Assembly (NCBI GenBank): GCA_964016885.1
Contig: OZ024744.1
Span: 21,328,001 to 21,392,000, forward strand
DNA length: 64,000 bases
Direction: 5' to 3'
Source: Eledone cirrhosa
Lineage: Eukaryota
The translations under genes were made by a program, and so were the position numbers. Below, piece after piece: positions 15,001 to 26,119 of the stretch. Position 1 is the first letter of the stretch; every line of letters begins with the position of its first letter. The notes under the pieces are model-generated. The model did not search any database. It was not told the origin of the DNA and saw nothing but the letters and a program-made list of their open reading frames with translations.

Positions 15001-15030
15001 CTTCAATTACTGTTGCTCTCCTCTTTTCAA
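1..15030 (+). repeat. Satellite array, unit CAATTACTGTTGCTCTCCTCTT (22 bp) with 23-bp variants (..CTCGTT / ..CTCTTT), continuing off the left window edge
   Basis: Direct tandem periodicity throughout. Diagnostic variant blocks recur, e.g. GCTTTCCACTTCAATTACTGTTTTCTACTC near 6, 1581, 3779, 5597, 8429. All ORFs 4-15050 are translations of this unit. Confidence 0.99.
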
Positions 15031-15311
15031 GTCTATTAATTTTCTTGTGAAACATATTTCAAATATAATGTTCCTTTCGGTGTGTGTGTGTGGGGGGGGG
15101 GGGGGGGCTTTTTCCTAAATAATTGATATTATTGAGGATTGTAGTTAATACTAAGCGTTTTGAGATATGTAAAAGACCAATAATATGTCGTTTAAAGCTC
15201 GTAGAATCCGATAGAAAAATACGAAGTCGATGCAATTTTTACTTGTCAGACTTTTCTTTAATGATTGTTTATAGAGACAGCCTTCATGTTTCAATGTAGT
15301 CTACTTTCTAT

Positions 15312-15406
15312 TATGCCTTTCATCCTTGCGGGGTCGATAAAATAAAGTACCAGTAATGCATGGGATCATTGCTGGCCATGTGCCAAAAGTAGAAACAATT
15401 ATTATT
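15312..15406 (+). mobile_element. 5'-truncated tRNA-derived SINE (Octopus-type)
   Basis: TGCCTTTCATCCTTGCGGGGTCGATAAAATAAAGTACCAG...GTAGAAACAATTATTAT, shared with fuller copies at 33833, 41650 and 49340. Confidence 0.85.
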
Positions 15407-15459
15407 TCTGACAGGTTTTATACAGTTAACTCTGCTTAAACTGTCGTATTATTGTGTTA

Positions 15460-16584
15460 CTAGCTGGCCCCGTGTCGTAAAAAATGACGGTTAATTTTAA
15501 TATATATACATAATATAAAATATATATGTTTGTTTGTTGGTTGGTTCTCTCGCGCTCACTCAGGCAAGTGATACAAACATACAAACACACAACTGTGACG
15601 CTGGACTTATAGGTTCTCACTACCTCCTTCCTCAGTCGATGTAATCATCTCTTTCTTAGTCATCTCTAGTGTGACGGACGAATACAGAAGGCTATTATGT
15701 TTGTGGGTTGTGTTTGTTGTTAACTATGATGTTGAAGGTATATTTTTATTGTGATTGTTGTTCAACACCCGACCCACTACCCCACATGCGTTTTATCTAT
15801 TGATATAATACCTAATGTGTATTTGTTCGTCACACACTAGAGATGATTGAGGAAAGAAGTGGTGATTACATCGATTGAGGAAAGAAGGGGTGATGACGTC
15901 AACTGAGAAAGGAAAGGGTGATTACGTCGACTGAGGAAGGAAGGGGTGATAACGTCGACTGAGGAAGGAAGGGGTGTTACATCAACTGAGGGAGGAAGGG
16001 GTAATGACGTCGACTGAGGAAGGAGGGGGTTATGACGTCCACTGGGGAAGGAAGGGGTGATAACGTCGACTGATGACGGGGGAGGGGGGGTATGACATTG
16101 ACTGAGGAAGAATGGGGTGGCAGCGTCTAACATTCACTACATTTGTGAGTGTATATGTATAGTGAATTGGCTACACACATTGGCTGTTGTGATTATGTGT
16201 GTATTTGTGTGTGTAAACGTGTGTATGTGTACATTTTATTTATATATAATATGTGTATATATGTTTGTGTGTGTTTATTTAGGTAAGATACATAGATAAT
16301 AGAATTACAAACACACACCAATCTACACATACATATACCTGTATATAAACAGACACACTTAATAAACATAGTCATTACATACACACACATCTATGTGATG
16401 ACTGAGGAAGGAGGGGTGAGAGAAACTATAGAGGTCCAGCGTTCTAAGATTGTGTTTGTATGTTTGTATCACGTGTGTGACTGAGTGCGAAGGAACCAAA
16501 CAACCAACAAACAAACATCCCTTTTTTGTATTATGTATAGATATTACAATTAGCCTTTATATATGTCGGCACAGGACCAGCTAG
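15460..16584. mobile_element. Composite non-autonomous Helitron-like element with imperfect inverted arms
   Basis: CTAG termini at 15460-15463 (minus) and 16581-16584 (plus), each preceded by a related GC-rich segment. A|TCTATACATAATAC 5' end on minus at 16541, with a degenerate counterpart on plus near 15503. 15526-15640 is the reverse complement of about 16395-16520. Confidence 0.6.
15845..16115 (+). repeat. ~30-bp minisatellite (GACTGAGGAAGGAAGGGGTGATAACGTC-like), about 9 units, inside the Helitron-like element
   Basis: Direct tandem repeats. Single units also occur at about 16398 (plus) and 15620-15660 (reverse). Confidence 0.9.
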
Positions 16585-16859
16585 TGTAGTTTATATAGTT
16601 TCTAATATAATGACGACGGTTATATTGGTATGGGATGGGTCCGTCACTCGTGGTGGAGTTGCATGGGACACCGTATTAACATACAACATTTCCTGGGTAC
16701 TTTAAACTTGGCGGAGCCCATCTTCAAGCCTGAATACTGCAAATATTTTCCAGAGAAGGATAGAGAATGTGAGAAAGAGGGTGAGAAATAGATATATAGG
16801 AAGAATCGACCCCAGTACTAGACTGGTGGTGGCGCATGGTTTATTGACTGGCTAAATGG

Positions 16860-17145
16860 AGGAGGAGAGGGGGTTATCTCCCCGGGGGCCCTAGAAGCGC
16901 AGGGTGGTTCAGGATTGGTGGGGTACCTGAGTCACCCCTGGTTAATCCATCCACCCCCCTATTGGGGATTTTATTTTGTTACATTTATACATAGATTATT
17001 TTATATCTTCATTGTTATATTAGTCTTGCCATAGTGCACTTTTACTCGACCTTATTGTAAACCCCCACTGTCCCTGTCTTTGTATTGTACCCTACATGTC
17101 GGCCCTTGTGGCTAATAAATGAAATCATCATCATTATTATTATTA
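16860..17145 (+). mobile_element. 3'-UTR fragment of a Tx1-like LINE related to the downstream full-length copy
   Basis: Shares CCCCCCTATTGGGGA and CCCTTGTGG(C/T)TAATAAA-GAAATCAT motifs with 23095-23250. Ends in AATAAA (17114) followed by (ATC/ATT)n. Confidence 0.75.
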
Positions 17146-17275
17146 GAGTTCAAATCTCGCCGGGGTTAACTTTGCCTTTCATCCTTACTGGATCGATAAA
17201 ATAAAGTACCAGTAATACACTTGGTAATTGCTGGCCTGGTGTCAACAGTAGAAACAATTATTATTATTATTATTG
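17146..17275 (+). mobile_element. 5'-truncated tRNA-derived SINE with (ATT)n tail
   Basis: Starts at the B-box GAGTTCAAATC, then TTTGCCTTTCATCC...AAAGTACCAGT...GAAACAATTATTATT. Confidence 0.9.
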
Positions 17276-17720
17276 AATGCTATGGTTGACGGAGGCTCGG
17301 CTCTGTAAGGTATTATAAATTTTGACCGCTATAACAATTGTAAATTGTTTAAAACTATAATCAAATTGTAGACAAAAACACCCTCCTCCTCGTGAGAGGG
17401 GTCTTTCTTCCCGTTATTTGGCCCTTCGGGGTTAAATAACCGCTTATTGGGGTTTTGTGCCCAATATTTGTTTTAAACAAAAAAAAAAAACATGGCTACG
17501 AAAAAGAATTTCACAAGTCATTCCGTCTTCTTCTTCCTCAATCGTCACTACAGCAGAGAGAAGATTGTCTCTCTCCCTCCCTTCTCTTTTGCAAGCGACG
17601 CCAGTAAAGAAAAATAGTTTCCAAAACCACGTGCAAAGCATGAAACATTTCTCCACGAAGACGACGACGACAAAAAAGGTGTGCGGTAAATACGAAAACA
17701 CATTTCATTCGTCTGACGTC

Positions 17721-19628
17721 ATGAATAATAGCAGTAGCAGCCGTAATAACAGCAGCAGCAGCAACAGTGACAAGGAAAACAACAGTAGCAGCCGCAACAG
17801 CATCAGCAGCAGCGTAAACAACAACAGCATTAGCAGCAGCATAAACAACAACAGCATTAGCAGCAACAGCAACAACAACAGCAGCAACAACAACAACAAC
17901 CACAGCAACAACGGCGGCGGCAGTAGTCGTAGTACCTGCAGCAACAACAAAAGTAACAGCAGCTCTGACGACAACAACAACAACAACAACAGCATCAAAG
18001 AAAAAACAATCTCCTTTGCAGGTATCGCAAAGAACCTGGAAACCATCCTCATAACAAATGACAAATTACAGGAAGCGAAGAAGATGGTGACGAAAACCGG
18101 ACACCGAGCAATCTGCAAGGCAGCCGAAACATTTTTCGAAACCCAACATCACTGTACGGTCACGTACCGTAGAGTAAGCACAAAATCCGGTAGGGTTGAA
18201 ATAGCCACAGGGGCTCAAATACAGAAAGACTTAGGGTCTGTGTGGCAGCGGAAAACGCATATCACCCGAGTCAAGAAATATGTCACCGTAGACGTGCTTT
18301 TTGCCACACCCCAGTAGGCAAAGGCTCAATCCTAGTGACCCTAAGGAGCGAGGAAATGGTGTTGGTGCCCTCCTACTGCGGGCAAAAAATTGTGAGGGTC
18401 AAACTGACCCACGTCCTCCACCCCGGGATGGCCCCTTCTTGGCTGGCCGCGTCTGTCCTCGTCGGAAACGAGGACAAAACAACTGTACTACAAGTACAGA
18501 AAAGAGTAAGAGAAGATTGGGTCGGCACCTCCATTGAGATGTTAATCCAAACCAACCAGGAGTGCATCGAAGCTATCCCCGATGTGATAGACTTCGACAA
18601 CGGCACTCAACTGCCCATAAGTGTTGAGGGCAAACGCCCGAAATGCTTTCGCTGTGGATCGAAGACTCACCTCAGGGCCTTCTGCAACGAGAAGACCCTG
18701 AGAAAGGAGAAAACCCCCGTCCTTCCGAAACCGGCTCCACTGCTACCAGCAACAGAACAAGCGGCAACCAGGAACGATAGGTCCATGGCACCCATACACA
18801 CGCCACGGAAATCAAGAACAGCAGCAGCAGTGGAAGTATTAACAACAACAACAGTAATACCAACTGCAGCTCCAACAGAGACTCCACTGCACACATCACC
18901 AACAACAACAAGTGAAAGAGTGGATGCTGGTACCCCTCCCCGACCTCACAGAATCAGACATGGAGTGTGAGGTGGGAGAGGGATGGCAAAAGGTCGCAAG
19001 AAGGCACAAACGCAGAAGCAGCGCATCGTCGCCTTCGAAAAGGGAGGAAAGAAATGAAAAACGGGTAAAGGCTACTGCAAAGAGACTCACAGCAGCAACA
19101 CCACCAACACCATCACCACCCACACTAGCACCACCATCACCACCGGCGACAACCCCACCGCCAACAACAACACCTTCAACACCACCACCACAAGCACCAA
19201 CATCGCAAACACAACAACAAAACACACACACCCAGCAACAACGACAGGAAAATAGCAGAACCACACCCCACCCCCAGAAAAACAAATGCACGGCAATAAA
19301 TACACACAACAAGAAACTAATGACTTACATAATTGAACACACAGACATTTCACAGCACGACTACATAATACCAGCACCAATCAAAACACGAACGAACATA
19401 AGACTGGTAAGAATAGCACAGAAACAATACACAAACATCAAAACGAAATTCCCCAACGCAGTTGGTGATTTCAGAGACCTAGGAGGGACTCTCAACCGGA
19501 GAGAATATTCGGACATACTCATAGAAGAGCCGACAACCAGCCGAAGGGACGATTCAACGGTCTCTTCACCAGACGATCAAGTGAAAAGGGATGGAGAAAC
19601 CATCCTTCCTCTACGAAAAGTACGGTAA
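17721..19628 (+). pseudogene. Tx1-like ORF1 (gag-like RNA-binding protein), frameshifted
   Basis: Pieces in ORFs 17457-18317, 18242-18970 and 18912-19628. Asn/Ser-rich N-terminus, zinc knuckle CFRCGSKTHLRAFC (about 18644-18685), then 'GWQKVARR' and a Pro/Thr-rich tail. The start codon is uncertain. Confidence 0.8.
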
Positions 19629-19662
19629 GTGGTCTTTCCCATCTTTTCCACTCCATTTCAAC

Positions 19663-22600
19663 ATGACCTCACTCAGAATAGGCAGCAGAAATGAGCGTGG
19701 CTTGGGGTCGTCATGGAAGCAGGGCTACCTGCTCAACGACCTCAGGTCACTAAACATAGATGTAGTGGCCATCAGCGAGACCGGAAACTCCGAAGCACGG
19801 GCCTTCGCACCGATCTTCGGCGGCTACGATGTGTACGCATCACCCAGCCGTCCTGGATCGAGGGGAGGGGAGTTGCTGTGCTTTTTAGGAGAGGTTTGGA
19901 TCTCGCCATACGGGCCATCTTCCTGGACCCAGAGGGTAAGTTGGTGGTGCTGGACGTGACCAGCGGAGACGGGCAAGCTTTCAGGCTAGTGGCCGTCTAT
20001 GCCCCGACAGGAGCAGGGCGACCTGATTTCTTCCGGCGTCTGGAGACCTTTCTTGGAACGCCCGCTCTTTAGTGTTAGTGGGCGACTGGAACGGGATCTT
20101 AGATGCATGCTGGGACTGTGTGGGATTAGCGGATATGGGAGGAGGGTGCAAGAGCCTCACCAACCTGCTCAGGCTTTTTGAACTCTCTGACAGGTACCGA
20201 TTGGATTTCCCGAATGTGCCAATGTGGACTTGGACAAATCGCATTGGGTCATCCAGATCATATCTAGATAGAGTATTTTGTAGAGAAATAGATATGTCTA
20301 GCATAGGCTGTCCACAATTCAAGATATTAAGCTACACGGACCACAAATTCGTGATATCTGTGCTTGACTTAGATAGGCTTCATAGACGAGGACCCGGCTA
20401 CTGGAAGCTAAACGCGTCCTTACCAGCGCGCAAGGCCAACAGAGACCGGATTAGCGAACTAGTCAACGTCAACAACAAGTGGTGGTTTGCTCTGAAAAGA
20501 GCGATTAGAATAGAGTCCATTGGGTTTAGTAAGGCTTTAGCAATAGAGAAAAATAGAGCAGAGGGAGAATTAGTTAGAAAATTAGACGAGGCGCTTAGCA
20601 AAGGCATCGCGACCGACGTGCTTGCGGCGAAATTGGCCATTGACCAATTCTTCAATGCAAAGCACGAAGGCTGCGTTGTCAGAGCTAGTGTGCGTGCTCT
20701 TAGACACGAGGGGACGAAAGCTGTTCAATGGGCCCGAGTGGCGGAGGCGCGTCGTGGCAACAAAGCCACGATCCGGTCTTTGGTGGACCACGACAGGCGC
20801 ATGCTACTCGATCCCGGGCAATTGTGTGAAGCTGTTCAGCGACACTTCGCTCAGCTGTTCGGGGGCAGCGGTGGGCCGGGTCGAGGGATGGACTTTAGTG
20901 TCTACCTCGACGGACTGCCGCGGCTCTCGGCCACCGATAACAGCCGCTGAAGTACGGGATGCAATGACTGGCTGCACAAGGGGTAAATCGCCTGGTTTGG
21001 ATGGTCCGCCCTATGAACTTTACGTACAGATGCCAGACTTGTTCGGAGGCCTCTTGGCGTTCGTCTACTGCAACTGGCAACAGAACGGGAGAATTTCCAG
21101 CTCTGTGAGCCGAGGAGCTGTGGTGCTGCTGAGAAAGGATCCGAACAAGGGGGATAACATAGATAATTTCAAGCCCATAACACTGCTAAACACAGAGTTC
21201 AAGATTTTGGCCAAGGTGCTAGCAAAGAGGTTGGCGCTTGTCGTTGTTGGTCTTGTGGGAGAGGCACAGACATGCGCCATTCCCGACAGATCCATCCACA
21301 ACAACCTCCACCTCATGCGATACATCGTAGAGAGGGTAGCTAGGGAACCTGGCACGGGTGGGTCTTTGATCTATTTAGATCAGTCGAAAGCTTTCGATAG
21401 GGTCGATCATCGTTACCTAGCGGCAGTCCTGAGGGCGGCTGGCTTTGGGCCCGTCTTCAGAGGCTGGATCGCTGCCATGCACAGCGACATCTGCTATGTG
21501 GTGAGAGTGAACGATCACCTTTCGGAACCGTTCAACATCATGCGCTCGGTCCGCCAATGATGTCCCCTCTCGTCCCTCTTCTACGTATTGACTCTCGAGC
21601 CATTACTGCACAAACTGGAGACGTTGAGGGGCGTCCCGCGCGAACTAGGATGCGGAAGATCCGTGTCAGCACATGCGGACGATGTCACCGTAGTGGTGTC
21701 GAACGCCAAACACATTGAGGCGATCGGCACTACACTAAGAGAATACGAAGCGGTGACAGGAGCAATGATCAACCAGGAAAAGTCAGTGGGCCTGCAGCTC
21801 GGCACCCGGAGAGGCAGCTCCATGCCGTCCAACAGCATCGTCGGACGCTGGACGGACGGACCGGTTAAATTGCTAGGGGTCTGGTTCGGTCCGAACCTCC
21901 AGACGGACAAAAACTGGGACGAGGTGACGAGCAGGGTGGCTTCTCTCACCCTGAAAGGTCGAGCGGAGGTGGCTAACGCGTACATCGCGTCTGTCATCTG
22001 CTACCGCCTGACCGTCGTACCTTGTCCTAAGCCCCGCCAGACTGCGCTGGAGCGTTTGCTCTTTCGCTTTTTGTGGAAGGGTCGCGCTCCGATGGTCAGG
22101 CGGTCCATCTGTTTTAAACACCCGCTACGTGGAGGGCTGGGCATGCCGTGGATGATGATGTGCAGACACGTGCTCAGGCTACGACATCTCCAACTCTTCC
22201 TCGACGGTGATCAGGTGTGGTCCCCGTTTGCTAGACACGTATTTCTCCAGCTCGTTTCCTTGACGGAGCTGCAGTCCTGGGTCAAGAGAAGACCGAGAGG
22301 GAGCGCCTGGAGACTGGAATGTCTTCAGGCGCTCACAGCCCTCGACCAATCGGGAAATGTGATCGGTGGAAACTCCACCTCGGCGTTCTATAGAGGATTA
22401 GTGGAGGGGAAGAGCGACGACGTACTTGGGGAAACTCTAGGCGTCGACGAAAATCAACTAGCCAATCTCTTAGGAAGAACTTTCGGGCCGGGGTCTATGG
22501 ACAACTTCCAGAAATCTCTGGCCTGGCAGTGCTACCGAGGAGCCTTGCCAGTTCGAGATAAACTCTACAGGCATGGAGGTGCCGTCAGCCGGGCATGTCC

Positions 22601-23012
22601 GTGATGCGCGCAGGGCGACGGAACCGTCCTGCACGCACTCGTCCAGTGTCCGAAAATTGCTGACTTGTGGGTTTATGTCGAACACCTGCTGTCACGTGTA
22701 GGACGGATCCAGCTATCAGCTGAGTCCATCGTGAGGATTGCCCCGCCCCCTTCCTTTAGCCGAGAAGGGCAGGCAGTTTTTATCTGTCCGGTGGCCATGG
22801 CTAAAGAGATAGTATGGTGGACACGTTTGAAAGGGCTGAAGACGAGCACTTACCTCTTCGGTGATGCTCTGATTGACTTTTTCAAATTTCATTTGAAAAG
22901 GAAAATCAGAGTAGAGAGGGAAGTGCTCTCTTCCCAGCATTTTGTTGAAAGATGGGTGAGAGAAGCAAGTATGGCCCGAGTGAATCGGCCTTCTCTGAGT
23001 ATGTGTCTGTAA
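19663..23012 (+). pseudogene. Tx1-like ORF2: APE endonuclease + reverse transcriptase + C-terminal zinc motif, with several frameshifts and stops
   Basis: APE motifs RNERGL, DVVAISET, GVAVLF, VAVYAP, VGDWN, SYLDRVF, YTDH, then GYWKLN. RT motifs KSPGLDG, FKPITLLNTEFKILAK, LDQSKAFDRVDH, VRQ*CPLS, SAHADD, GGLG. C-terminal CP*C...HALVQC. Confidence 0.93.
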
Positions 23013-23487
23013 ATTAAAGTTGGAAAACTGGGAGGAGGCCCTTGCCTTGGTGGCCTTCTACTGGGCTTTCTCCACAAATGTCCCTCCGAAGTCTCCCCCC
23101 TATTGGGGAATTGTTCATTGTTATTTTTTGTTACATCCTCTGTTTTTGTTTTTTACACGCAGAAATGCCCATTTGTACCGTCCTGTATTGTCCTGCACTG
23201 TCCTTAATGTCTACTTTATGTAAACCCTTGTGGTTAATAAAGAAATCATTCTTAAAATTAATATTATTATTATCATGAACATTCATGATGAAGATAATCA
23301 GAATATATACATATATATATATGTGTGTGTGTGTATGTTTGTGTGTGTGTGTAACGTGAGTGTGTGTGTGTGTGTGTATGTGAGTGTGTGTGTATGTCGT
23401 TGTGTGTGTATGTGGGTCGGTGTGTGTGTGTGTGTCGGTGGGTGTGTGTATACATAAATATATATATATGAAGAAACAAACAATCAG

Positions 23488-23540
23488 TCTAATGCACTGG
23501 GTAATTGCTGGCCTTGTACCAAAAGTTGAAACAATTATAT
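23488..23540 (+). mobile_element. SINE 3' tail fragment
   Basis: TAATGCACTGGGTAATTGCTGGCCTTGTACCAAAAGTTGAAACAATTAT matches the other SINE tails. Confidence 0.75.
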
Positions 23541-23571
23541 ATAAAATAAATTATAAAATTTCGAAAACGAA

Positions 23572-23684
23572 AAGTTATTTCGGTGTGCATATATATATAT
23601 ATATACACCACGCCGAAATAACTAAATATATATACACACACACACATATATATATATATATAAATGTGTGTGTGTGTGTATGTG

Positions 23685-23733
<49 letters not shown>

Positions 23734-23765
23734 ATAAAGTTATTTCGGTGTGGTGTATATATATA
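23572..23765. repeat. Short inverted repeats (AGTTATTTCGGTGTG / CACGCCGAAATAACT) around microsatellites; MITE-like remnant
   Basis: Motif at about 23573 (+), 23609 (-) and 23738 (+). Confidence 0.5.
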
Positions 23766-24297
23766 CACACACACAAGTGGCTGTTTATATATTTTTCAAT
23801 CGCTGCTTTATATTTTGTCACGAAACTTTGTGAAAGTCTATACAACATTGAAATGTCTTTTTAGAAACAAGTGAACATGCGTATGACAGAAGAATGACAA
23901 AGAATAAGTGATATTTTAAACAAATCCAAAGATCCATTGGAAACCGAAGCTGTCTTATCTAAACATGTATAAACCATAGTTAGTGATGTATATACTAAAC
24001 AACTGGAAGATGGCGGTGAGATGGAAGTGTAGGCGCGGTGTTGATAGTGTGGAGGGCGACGAAAATACACACACATACACACACAAAGGAACTCATTCGC
24101 ATACACACACATGCCTACTCATTCTCATACACACACATGCCTACTTATTCTCCTACACACATATCCACATACACACACATACCATACGCACGCACTCACT
24201 CACATACACACACATACGTACTCATTAACATACACGCAGAATGGCACTCATTCTCATACACACACATTCACATGCACACAAATACGTATTCATACGC

Positions 24298-24333
<36 letters not shown>

Positions 24334-24380
24334 ACACACACACTATGTACTCATTCACATACACACACACATATATGTAC

Positions 24381-24560
24381 AGTCATTGGTATTGTGTCCC
24401 AGATAACCTCTGTTGTCAAAGTGACGAACGGGGTTGAACATTTCCACCAATAAAACCATGGAAGAACGCAACAGAGGAAGATGGAATACTTATATGATGG
24501 CGGAATATTGCTGGAGAATCTAACGGGAATGTCTAGACAAGGTACCAACGCAAAGAATCT
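24381..24560 (+). pseudogene. DNA-transposase C-terminal fragment, probably CMC/Chapaev-3-like
   Basis: Frameshifted translation PDNLCCQSDERG / HFHQ / IKTMEERNRGRWNTYMMAEYCWRI resembles the recalled FPxNLGAVSDEQGERFHQDIxxMExRYQGRW...MADYCW signature. The family assignment is from memory. Confidence 0.6.
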
Positions 24561-24799
24561 GCGAAATGTGGTTTATGTCTTAATAAAGAAAAAAAAATGG
24601 GTTCTTATTCCTTTTTTTTTTTTTTTTTTGTCATTCATGATGCTCAAGCTTATTTGATGAATGGTTTTCGTACCTTATGGTTGTTTGATGCTGCTAAATT
24701 ATGTTTACTGACATCCATCATACGTTTGTAATTAATTGGGAACAAAAGTGATGGACATTCACTAATTATATAGTATCATACATACATCATATATATATG

Positions 24800-24980
24800 A
24801 GTCTGGAACTAGCTATTGAAATGGCAAGAGTTCAGCCGTCGGGAACTAGCAGTTAAAATGCAAGAGCTAGCCATTTGTCCCGAAACTTGATAATATAACC
24901 ATACTCTACTATCCCAAGTATTGAGTACTCTGTTGAGTAATGGTCTAACTAGTTTCAAACTGAATCCATCCTGATTTATA
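24800..24980 (+). mobile_element. Penelope-like pLTR fragment carrying the 3' half of a hammerhead (family of 34052 and 61786)
   Basis: GAAA-TGGC-loop-GCCG-TC at 24818-24840, followed by the shared CTCTACT...AGTATTGAGTACTCTG.TG.GTA.TGGTC motif. Confidence 0.6.
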
Positions 24981-25047
24981 TGTCATTTTTAGAATCAGCA
25001 ACCACAGTATGATCTAACAGTGTTCATCAGTGTTATAGTAGTTTTTA

Positions 25048-25292
25048 ATGAAGACCCAGGAGGGGGAATTAACAGTTGTTACTGACAGGAATGAGGTATA
25101 TGTTAATCCAAAGACACAGTCTTCAGTGATGTGACAGTAATGTTAGAGCTAACTATAGTTACATGAAGACCCAGGAGGGGAAATTTAACAGTTGTTACTG
25201 TCAGGAATGAGGTATATGTTAATCCAAAGACACAGTCTTCAGTGATATGACTAATAATATATAACAGTAATGTCAGTGCTAACTATAGTTAA
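25048..25292 (+). repeat. Tandem duplication of a ~115-bp unit (ATGAAGACCCAGGAGGGG...GCTAACTATAGTTA), 2 copies
   Basis: Near-identical copies start at about 25048 and 25162. Confidence 0.9.
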
Positions 25293-25664
25293 ATAAAAGA
25301 TTCTGATAGGATGAGGATGGGTTAAGAGAAATATGATAGCAGTGAATTCAAAGAACCCGGTCTTCGTTAACACGTAGTAACAACAATGACAACAATGATG
25401 ATGACAATAATAGTAACAATTTTATTGGAATCCGGAGGTGGAGTGGGGTAGGAGGTAGGGGTGTGGGGGGTAGGAGCGAGGGTGATATGAACAAGGGCGT
25501 AGGGGTAGGAGTGGGGTAGTAAACTTATTTTTCGAAGCTTATCATTCAATGAAGCATTGTAAGTATGAAAGGTTTTTCGATGAGCGAAATATTTGGTTAT
25601 TAAAAATATGTAGCCACAGGAAGTAAAGATTTGGTCAGATATGGAACAATAATGGTGGGTGGTT

Positions 25665-25875
25665 TGGGATAGAGAGGAATAGAGAGAGGGATAGGGAAGG
25701 ATATAGAGGGAGGGATAGAGAGGGATAGAGAGGGATAGAGAGGGATAGAGAGGGATAGAGAGGGATATAAAGAGGGATGGGGAGGGAGATAGAGAGAGGG
25801 ATAGAGAGGGGGATAAAGAGAGATAGAGAGAGGGATAGAGAGAGGGATATAGAGGGATAGAGAGGGGAGTTAGAG
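25665..25875 (+). repeat. Purine-rich (GAGGGATAGA)n minisatellite
   Basis: Direct 10-bp periodicity with strong purine strand bias. Confidence 0.85.
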
Positions 25876-26119
25876 ATAGTGTGAGGGAAAGAGTGAGGGG
25901 GGTGAGGGGGAGTGAGGGGGATAATGAGGGGGAGAGTGATGTAGGATGGATGGGGAACAGATGAGCAATAGATGGATGGATCCAGTTGTTTCGATGGAGG
26001 AGAGGGTGGGTGGGACAGAGAGAGAGAAGGGAGGGGTTGAAAGAGAGTAAGAGGAGAGAGAGAAGGGGATAGAGAGAGGAAGAAAGAAAGAAAAATGTTT
26101 AAAACAACCTCCTGTACCG

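Larger units (their letters stand above)
17276..23250 (+). mobile_element. Near full-length non-LTR retrotransposon, L1/Tx1 clade (decayed)
   Basis: 5'UTR, ORF1 with CCHC knuckle, ORF2 with APE endonuclease, RT and C-terminal Cys/His motif, then a 3'UTR with AATAAA at 23236. Flanked by (ATT)n on both sides. The 5' boundary is approximate. Confidence 0.93.

Noticed and set aside
1-15030. CRISPR-like array
   Set aside because: Repeats are contiguous with no unique spacers, there are no cas genes, and the context is eukaryotic.
4-15050. Dozens of long Leu/Ser/Cys-rich ORFs (up to 687 aa)
   Set aside because: They are translations of the stop-poor 22/23-bp satellite in all three frames, with no domain content.
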